Sequence record: LC494302.1
Strand: one strand, 5' to 3'
DNA length: 64,000 nt
Position 1 is the stretch's first letter; each line of letters begins with the position of its first letter. Positions 47,561 to 54,901 of this stretch are shown here, piece after piece. The notes beneath the pieces are model-generated. The model searched no databases and was not told where the DNA came from. It worked only from the letters and a program-made list of their open reading frames with translations. The translations under genes and the position numbers were made by a program.

Positions 47561-48148
47561 ATGGCATATAAAATAAGAGCAGACCTTAAGGCAATGCAAC
47601 AAGTAACAGTTCAGGGTAAAAGTACTGGTCTTGGTGTATTAGGTAATAATATGACTTATTACCCAACAAATTCAAATGGGGAATGTACATTCCCCTCTAT
47701 TACCAAAGATGAAGTTAACTTTATTGTCAATGGATTACCACTTACACAATACGGAGAATTGTATGATGACGCTAGTCTAAATATTACTTCATCAGGCTAT
47801 AGTCTTACATTTAACAGACAGATACCATCATTTATTGGTGGTTATCTTTATAAATTTCCAGCAGTTTCTATTTTTGCTTCAACTGTTTCATCTGGAACAC
47901 AAACACAATACGTATATGCAACGTTAGTTCTCGGTGAACCAATTTATAAAATATCACCAACACAAATACAAGAATCTGAAATTATAATGTTTATTGGAAC
48001 ACTGACCGTTGGTACAAGTGGTATTACAAATATAAACATTAATAAAGTATCCAGATTTAGTACATATAGACCTAGTGTTACACAAAAAGGTTCTTCATTC
48101 CCAGTCAGTACTGGAAAACCATCAGAAACTGGTACAATTGGTTGGTAA
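47561..48148 (+). CDS. short putative virion protein sharing end modules with the flanking paralogs
   Basis: C-terminus KGSSFPVSTGKPSETGTIGW versus AGSSFPVSYGLPSQTGTINW. Confidence 0.75.
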   Translation: MAYKIRADLKAMQQVTVQGKSTGLGVLGNNMTYYPTNSNGECTFPSITKDEVNFIVNGLPLTQYGELYDDASLNITSSGYSLTFNRQIPSFIGGYLYKFPAVSIFASTVSSGTQTQYVYATLVLGEPIYKISPTQIQESEIIMFIGTLTVGTSGITNININKVSRFSTYRPSVTQKGSSFPVSTGKPSETGTIGW

Positions 48149-48164
48149 ATTAAGGAAAAGAAAG

Positions 48165-50894
48165 ATGTCATCAAAACGAATTATAGGAAGTGCCGAGATC
48201 CTTGGGAACTTGGCAATTGGACAAAGGTACGCTATGCGTACTTTTAATGGAACCTCACCGAATGCCAATACTGGAATTGTTCAATATCCAATATATAAGC
48301 GTTCAGAAGTTCAAAGTATTTTAGATATGTTGCCTATATCACGTGTAGGAGAAATGGATTACTTACCATTAAACGTAAGTGGATCGTATGAAGGTGCTAC
48401 ACCTATGTCAAGTGACCAAGTAGTTCAGCCAACAATTATTGAAGATGATGGAACCGCCGTTGTTCTGCGTAGCGGAACCAATGGTAGTACTAAAGGTTTT
48501 TATTATTCATTTATACGAGATCTCCGAAATATAACTATGATTTCACAAGAAAGTGTTATTTCAACCAATTCAATGTATAAACCTTCAATTATGAGTAGTA
48601 CTGAAAATATTAAGTATTTTATTGGCTCTAATGGTTATGAGATGCTTGGATGTTTAAGTACTGAAGATAATTATATTTTTACTATAACCAATGGCACATT
48701 TAACGAAATATCACATATTCATGCTAAAGTTCCAAGTACTTCTTTTGGTAATGATATGCCAATATATACACATATTGTTGGGACAAAGGTTTATATTTGG
48801 TGTAAAGATAAAAGTGTTTCTAATTTAGGATTAGCACTTTCAATTTATACAGTAGAGCTAAGTGATGTGAAAGCAAGCTCAATGGCATCATTAACAAAAG
48901 TTACTGGGTTATCAGGTCAAACTGTTCGAAACACAAGTTATTCTGCATCTAATAACATAAGAGTGTTCGATAAATTATATAGTGTTGGTACTAGCTCGGA
49001 TTCATTATTCGAAGTTACATCACCAGTATCACGTGTAGAATTTTCAGACTATACAGACTTTAACATTCAAGCCAACGTTAGTCCTGATTTATCAAAAATA
49101 CGTGTAACTTTATATCCAACACATCGAATGGTTACACCTTTGTATATTTCAACAGTTTATGGTACTGGAATAAGTTTTGTTTATAATATAAACTCAAAAT
49201 CTATGTCACTAGATGGTAGTGCTCGTGCACCTGCAACTGTTTCATATAATAATGGATTTCAAGTTTCTAACCCATTTGAAATTAATATGGTCAACTTCAC
49301 AGGGACAACTGCTGCTGGTGTATTAGGAAACGCAGGTGGTTTATGTCAAACTAAAGATGGTTTGGTATTTGCATCTAAATTTAGATGGAGTTCAACTGAA
49401 TTTTATGGTCTACAACGATATAAGGTTAGTGGGACACCGTTTGATTCATGGGTTGCCAGTACTAGAACCGCAAGTAACGTTATAAATGCAAACGTTTTAC
49501 CAGTTTTTGGTAGTGCTGTTGGTGCAAACCTTTTAGGTGTACGTTTCATCGATAATAGAAAAATATTATTAGCATGTTCTGGTACGTATGATGATGTAAC
49601 ATATAATTATAATAATACTGTTTTTTCTGAAATAGGTTCACAACCAACATATCAATATAACTCAGTTCAAAATAATACTACATTAAATGGTTTTGCACCA
49701 CAATCTAATCGTAAACAAATAGGCGATGATTTTACATACACTGCTATGATTTCTCTTGTTGATACCGATGGTAGTGTTAGATGCTATGGAACATCATTCA
49801 TTGAAGGTGTATATAAAACAAGTGGTGGATTATTAAATCCAGATACTTTAGAATTTGATGAAACATATACAATAGAACCAACGGTATTAGAATCATTAAA
49901 ACAAGATATTTTTGCTAATATAGGAAACTCTGGCATTGTTGGTACACTATCTGGACAAATTGTATTATATTATGTACCTGATAATACTTTTTCTAAATCC
50001 ATCGCAGTAGTTTCAGCATATAATCTTAACAATAACCAAGGTTATGCAATCTATGCCGAAGTTGATGTTGTATTATCTGGAACTAACATAACTTCAGCTA
50101 CATTGGTGAGTACTAGATATGAGACACTTAGTTCTGTTACAGGAATTATTACTGAAGCATATATGAAACGTTGTACTGGTCTAACAGTTGCAAAATATTC
50201 AGGATTTGGTTACATTGGTGTTGATGCTGTTCATCAATTTTCACAACCAGGTAATGCACAATTTAAGATGATGATAGCTAAAACAGTAGATGGTGTCATA
50301 ACATCAAATCGTTTTTTATCATCTAGTTACATCCAACTTGGTGCAGCATATCAACATGGTGTTATTCCTGGTGTTGGTTTTGGATATTACAATTTTCAAG
50401 ATTCTGACTATCAAACCAAATCTGTATTCAGCGTTTTTGGTACAACATCTGCTGAAATGGATGGTTTAATTAGCGGAAATGGTAGCGTTAAAGAAAAGAT
50501 TGTGGTAGTATCACAAGACGTTGCACAAGGATTCTCAGTGTACTTTACACGTGAAGTTCCGGTGTTTTTAGGTGGAATTTTCGACAGACTACCTATACAA
50601 AGTGTTGATTTAAGTACTGTAAAAAGTAACCCAGCTAATACTACGTTCTATTTGTATATACAAATGAACAGGAATACTAAGAAAGCGTCATATGTTATTA
50701 GTACTGAAACAATTGATGAATCTTTAACTAGCACTTACATTGGTAAGATAGTTACTGGAACTTCAGGAATAACTTCAATTGATACAGAAAAAGTAACTCG
50801 TTTTTTGACATATCGTCCAAGTACAACGAAACGTGGTTCAGCGATACCTGCCAGTACTGGTGTACCATCAGGTCCAGGTACACGTTGGAAATAA
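48165..50894 (+). CDS. large putative virion structural protein B
   Basis: start reassigned behind AAGGA; DDG..VVLRSGTNGS and VVSQDVAQGF.VYFT.E.PV shared with protein A. Confidence 0.75.
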   Translation: MSSKRIIGSAEILGNLAIGQRYAMRTFNGTSPNANTGIVQYPIYKRSEVQSILDMLPISRVGEMDYLPLNVSGSYEGATPMSSDQVVQPTIIEDDGTAVVLRSGTNGSTKGFYYSFIRDLRNITMISQESVISTNSMYKPSIMSSTENIKYFIGSNGYEMLGCLSTEDNYIFTITNGTFNEISHIHAKVPSTSFGNDMPIYTHIVGTKVYIWCKDKSVSNLGLALSIYTVELSDVKASSMASLTKVTGLSGQTVRNTSYSASNNIRVFDKLYSVGTSSDSLFEVTSPVSRVEFSDYTDFNIQANVSPDLSKIRVTLYPTHRMVTPLYISTVYGTGISFVYNINSKSMSLDGSARAPATVSYNNGFQVSNPFEINMVNFTGTTAAGVLGNAGGLCQTKDGLVFASKFRWSSTEFYGLQRYKVSGTPFDSWVASTRTASNVINANVLPVFGSAVGANLLGVRFIDNRKILLACSGTYDDVTYNYNNTVFSEIGSQPTYQYNSVQNNTTLNGFAPQSNRKQIGDDFTYTAMISLVDTDGSVRCYGTSFIEGVYKTSGGLLNPDTLEFDETYTIEPTVLESLKQDIFANIGNSGIVGTLSGQIVLYYVPDNTFSKSIAVVSAYNLNNNQGYAIYAEVDVVLSGTNITSATLVSTRYETLSSVTGIITEAYMKRCTGLTVAKYSGFGYIGVDAVHQFSQPGNAQFKMMIAKTVDGVITSNRFLSSSYIQLGAAYQHGVIPGVGFGYYNFQDSDYQTKSVFSVFGTTSAEMDGLISGNGSVKEKIVVVSQDVAQGFSVYFTREVPVFLGGIFDRLPIQSVDLSTVKSNPANTTFYLYIQMNRNTKKASYVISTETIDESLTSTYIGKIVTGTSGITSIDTEKVTRFLTYRPSTTKRGSAIPASTGVPSGPGTRWK

Positions 50895-50898
50895 ATTT

Positions 50899-50939
50899 AA
50901 AGCTCGTCTATTGACGGGCTTTTCTTTTATGTGTATAAT
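50899..50939 (+). promoter_or_regulatory. terminator hairpin containing the -35 of a sigma70 promoter
   Basis: AAGCTCGTC-tatt-GACGGGCTT plus T-tract; TTGACG (50911-50916)-N17-TATAAT (50934-50939). Confidence 0.75.
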
Positions 50940-50961
50940 TGAATAAAAATAGGAGGAAATT

Positions 50962-51528
50962 ATGGTCAAAACTTTATTACCACCACCAAAACGTCACAAA
51001 ATCAAAGAAATGAAAGAACAACGTACATTAAAGATGTACAACAATTTAGTTAAGTTACTGTGTAAAAGTCCATCGCTCAAAGCAGAGTTTAAAACTGATG
51101 ATGACCGTAAAGCACTAATTGAGATGAAATATATGCTCAGTAAAATGTCCTTTTACAAATTTGTAAAAGAATACGCATCTGACCCATTTAGTCCTCGTTG
51201 GAGAGCCAAACCAAGAGAGTATTTTTACGGTGGTTCATATACAGATCGCATTCAAGACACAGTGATGGGAGTTGAATTTGAAATCGATTATGAGCCGAAT
51301 GGTGAGGAAATCTTGCAGATTGAGAAACGTTTACCAAGTGAAGAAGAAATTTATGTTTATGCAAGAAAACTTTCAAATTACAGTTCAAGAATTACTCTAG
51401 GCAATTTAGATTCATTAATTATTTTCTATACACGTGTTGGTGTAGATAAGATGGTAACTAAACTCAATGAACTTTCATTACAACAAAAACAGATTAATGC
51501 ATACAAAGACATTACTGATTTATACTAA
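50962..51528 (+). CDS. hypothetical protein (tandem trio member 1)
   Basis: DDDRKALIEMKYMLSK; AGGAGG SD. Confidence 0.8.
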   Translation: MVKTLLPPPKRHKIKEMKEQRTLKMYNNLVKLLCKSPSLKAEFKTDDDRKALIEMKYMLSKMSFYKFVKEYASDPFSPRWRAKPREYFYGGSYTDRIQDTVMGVEFEIDYEPNGEEILQIEKRLPSEEEIYVYARKLSNYSSRITLGNLDSLIIFYTRVGVDKMVTKLNELSLQQKQINAYKDITDLY

Positions 51529-51534
51529 TGAGGA

Positions 51535-52056
51535 ATGGATATGTTTTTTGGATCAGTTGGAAAACAAAACAGTACTTTAATTTGGCATGAAATTATCTTC
51601 AAAATTATATCTAAAAGCTACTCACTAAAGGATATTATCACCACAGATAATGATAGACGTATCCTGTTAGATGCAAAATATAAATTGAGCAAACACCCTT
51701 TACTTTCTTTAATCATTGATTACGTTAATGATTATGAATCTAGTCGTTGGAAGTGGGAAGACGGCGGTTTATTTCGTGGAAAAACATTCTACGGTGCGGA
51801 ACGATATGTTTTCAGTGATGCATCAAATGGCGTTAAGTTTGTTATTAGAAACTTTAACTCCAAAGAAAATGATTATCTTGAAAGTGGAGTGAAAGTATAT
51901 ATCGATAATAATAGCAATGTCCTAACATATGACGAATCACTAATTATGTTACAAATAATGCGTGGTGTTGAAGGTGTAAGAAACAACCTTACTAAATTGA
52001 AAATCCAGCAAAATGATATACATAATAGACAGAAAATTAAGGGTTTATATAAATGA
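51535..52056 (+). CDS. hypothetical protein (tandem trio member 2)
   Basis: DNDRRILLDAKYKLSK. Confidence 0.8.
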   Translation: MDMFFGSVGKQNSTLIWHEIIFKIISKSYSLKDIITTDNDRRILLDAKYKLSKHPLLSLIIDYVNDYESSRWKWEDGGLFRGKTFYGAERYVFSDASNGVKFVIRNFNSKENDYLESGVKVYIDNNSNVLTYDESLIMLQIMRGVEGVRNNLTKLKIQQNDIHNRQKIKGLYK

Positions 52057-52562
52057 TTTCATTTTTCAAAAAGAAACAAAAAGTTGATGAAACAGGATTA
52101 GAATCGTTTCTATGGACTCTTATCATCAAAAAAAGTCCATTGATAAAAGAATATGCTATCAATGATGCTAATAGAAAAACTATCATTGAATACAAATACG
52201 AATTATCAAAATGTGATCCAATCGTTTATCACTTTGCGAAGTACTGTTCAAAAAATTTATCGGATATCACAATAGACCATGAGTCAGTTCCAATGAGCTT
52301 TCCTTATGGTGATTGGGTAGATACTTTTGATATTTTTGATGGGTCCAATGGATTCAGTTTCTTTTACTCGTCAAATAAAGCAAATGTTCGTATTAAAACA
52401 GAGATAGGTTGGGCACAGCATAGCTCAAATAAAGAAGATTATAATTTACTAGCTGACGTATACCGAAGTGTGAAGAATTCAAAGGATATTGATGAAAGAA
52501 TTAAAAAGCAAAATCGTATTTCTTTATCACTTGAAACATACAAGTCAAAGTATGGTGGTTAA
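52053..52562 (+). CDS. hypothetical protein (tandem trio member 3)
   Basis: DANRKTIIEYKYELSK. Confidence 0.8.
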   Translation: MISFFKKKQKVDETGLESFLWTLIIKKSPLIKEYAINDANRKTIIEYKYELSKCDPIVYHFAKYCSKNLSDITIDHESVPMSFPYGDWVDTFDIFDGSNGFSFFYSSNKANVRIKTEIGWAQHSSNKEDYNLLADVYRSVKNSKDIDERIKKQNRISLSLETYKSKYGG

Positions 52563-52564
52563 CG

Positions 52565-52966
52565 ATGACTACAGTTGATGATATCTACAGCACTATACGC
52601 AATATGAGTACAGATAGAAAAGTATTTGGTGATAAAGAAAAATCTAAGTGTTATGGTATTGATTCTTTTGATATAATTTCTTATGAGTACAACACGAGTG
52701 GAAATAGTTCACTGAATATCGTCTGCCCTCGTGACCCAGAAAATAATTTTATGTATGTTGAAATTAATAATGATGGAATATTTTTTACAAAAGTTTTTAA
52801 AGGTGGAATTAATTACGAACCAATTGAATGTATGAATGAAGAAACTTTCTTTCAAGAAGATACAATTATCAATTTAGGTTTTAGTTTTGATGATTATAAA
52901 ACATTAGAACATGACTTTAATCGTTATTATAACGGTTTCTTAAAGGAGTTAACAATTTATCTATGA
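52565..52966 (+). CDS. hypothetical protein (FQ-motif family)
   Basis: MNEETFFQEDTI. Confidence 0.72.
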   Translation: MTTVDDIYSTIRNMSTDRKVFGDKEKSKCYGIDSFDIISYEYNTSGNSSLNIVCPRDPENNFMYVEINNDGIFFTKVFKGGINYEPIECMNEETFFQEDTIINLGFSFDDYKTLEHDFNRYYNGFLKELTIYL

Positions 52967-54195
52967 ATAACCAATATGTTGAACAAACAATAGTGAAACA
53001 CTTGGCTGGGTCACAAGCCTACGGAACCAGTACACCTGAAAGTGATACTGATTATCGTGGTATTTTTCTTGCTAATAAAGAATTTATTCTTACGCCATTC
53101 TATAAGGTCAAAGAAGTAGCTGATAAAAATGAAGAAGATACTAAATTCTATGAGTTAAATCAGTATTTAAAATTATACACTGAAGCCAACCCTAATATAT
53201 TGGAATCACTATGGGTCGAACCAGAACACATTGTAGAAAGTACTGAGATTTATGACTATCTTCGTTCATTTAACCAAAAACTTCTTAGTTCTAAGATTGC
53301 ATTTTCATATACTGGATATGCATATAATCAGATTAAGCGTATGACAAATCACCACGGTTGGATGGATAAAGAGCGTATTGCTGAAAAACGTTTAAATGAG
53401 ATTTTAGAAGAACACCCAGTCGATGAGGTTCTTGCGTGGATGTATGATTCATTTCCACAATATCTTGTTGAACGTTTAGATACATCGAACTTACATCCAT
53501 TTAATGCTAAAAAGATTGATTTTGAAAAATATATGCGTGATACGTCATTGCAGTTAGTTTCGAAAAATCCATTAAAGCAATATCATTTTGTAAAATTAGT
53601 GCATAACTACACTACTGACAAAATTCTAGATCGTGATTTCAATTTATTGAATTTTAATAATGGCTATGAACTAATTCATTACGGAGAAAACATTTTTGCG
53701 ATTATTAAAAATCCGAATGAAAGCACTATCAACGGTGATGGATCATTGCGTTATTTTTCTAAAGAGCGTAGTACTGAAGAGTTGAAAACTAAACCAGAAC
53801 TAATTGTCAAATTTAACGAAAAAGAATATCAGGAAAATAGTGAGAATAGGAAAAGTTATCATAAATGGAAAGAAAATCGTAATGCCAAACGTGCTATTTT
53901 AGAATCACAACACGGATACGATTGTAAACATGCTATGCACACAATCCGACTTTTGAATAGTGCAGAAGAAGCATTACAAAGTGGAATTATTCAAGTTAAA
54001 CGACCAGATGCACAAATGTTGATGGATATTCGTAATGGTAAATGGAAGTATGAAGAAGTATTAGAATATTTCGATGATAAAGTACAATACATTCGTGATG
54101 TTCTATATAAGAAATCAGTACTTCCTAAAAAACCAAACATCAAGTTAGCATCAAAAATTATCATTGATATTAGAGAAATGCAATGGTATAAGTAA
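52963..54195 (+). CDS. Pol-beta-superfamily nucleotidyltransferase (PF10127/RlaP-like)
   Basis: AGSQAYGTSTPESDTDYRGIF, ANPNILESLW, GYA..Q, GYDCKHAMHTIRLL. Confidence 0.87.
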   Translation: MNNQYVEQTIVKHLAGSQAYGTSTPESDTDYRGIFLANKEFILTPFYKVKEVADKNEEDTKFYELNQYLKLYTEANPNILESLWVEPEHIVESTEIYDYLRSFNQKLLSSKIAFSYTGYAYNQIKRMTNHHGWMDKERIAEKRLNEILEEHPVDEVLAWMYDSFPQYLVERLDTSNLHPFNAKKIDFEKYMRDTSLQLVSKNPLKQYHFVKLVHNYTTDKILDRDFNLLNFNNGYELIHYGENIFAIIKNPNESTINGDGSLRYFSKERSTEELKTKPELIVKFNEKEYQENSENRKSYHKWKENRNAKRAILESQHGYDCKHAMHTIRLLNSAEEALQSGIIQVKRPDAQMLMDIRNGKWKYEEVLEYFDDKVQYIRDVLYKKSVLPKKPNIKLASKIIIDIREMQWYK

Positions 54196-54272
54196 CATAT
54201 ACAAGTGTAATGGTACTAAAAATGCCATTACACTCAATAAATACTCAATATAAATTAACACAAGGATTAAGT

Positions 54273-54900
54273 ATGGCACAACAAATTTTCACAGATATCC
54301 ACACTACCGGAGTTATTAAATTTCAAAATAATTTTTCAGGTGCAACTGGTGTAGACATTAAAAATGATGGTTTTAACATTGTCAGTACTCGGATCTATTG
54401 ATGGTGAAGATAGTTCTCTTAGTGATTCTGTGATTGCATCATTCGGAACTAATAAAAACAGTTCTTTTATTATATCTGGATGGACTGGAATGACTGATTC
54501 TGAAAATAATGTTAAGATAAAAGCTAAATCTACTAACGAGAATCATGAAACAGAATGGGTAACATTATATGATAGTGCAAGTAATAAGTTATATAATGTA
54601 CTAAGTTCTAATAACATTTTAATTAATCCACTGTCGGGTAATGCTGTTTTTAATATTAATTTATCTGATAGAAATACTACTATTTCGATTGGTGCGGCTC
54701 CTACTGAAGTTTATTCAATTACCATCCTATTAACACAACAAACAGGTTCAAACCTAGTTAATTGGGGTTCTAATGTTAAATGGTCATATAACAGACCAGT
54801 TGTTCTTTCTTATGAAATTGGCGAAAAAGATATTATTTCATTAGAAACATATGATAAAGGAGTTACATGGTACGGTGCATTAATTAGAGCAGGAGTATGA
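54273..54900 (+). pseudogene. structural-type gene split by an apparent +1 frameshift (54273-54401 and 54364-54900)
   Basis: ATG 54273 has an AAGGA SD; downstream piece lacks an SD; C-terminal TILLTQ.TGS..VNW...VKW...LS....DII...YD.G.TWYG module seen in phage structural proteins. Confidence 0.6.
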
Positions 54901-54901
54901 T

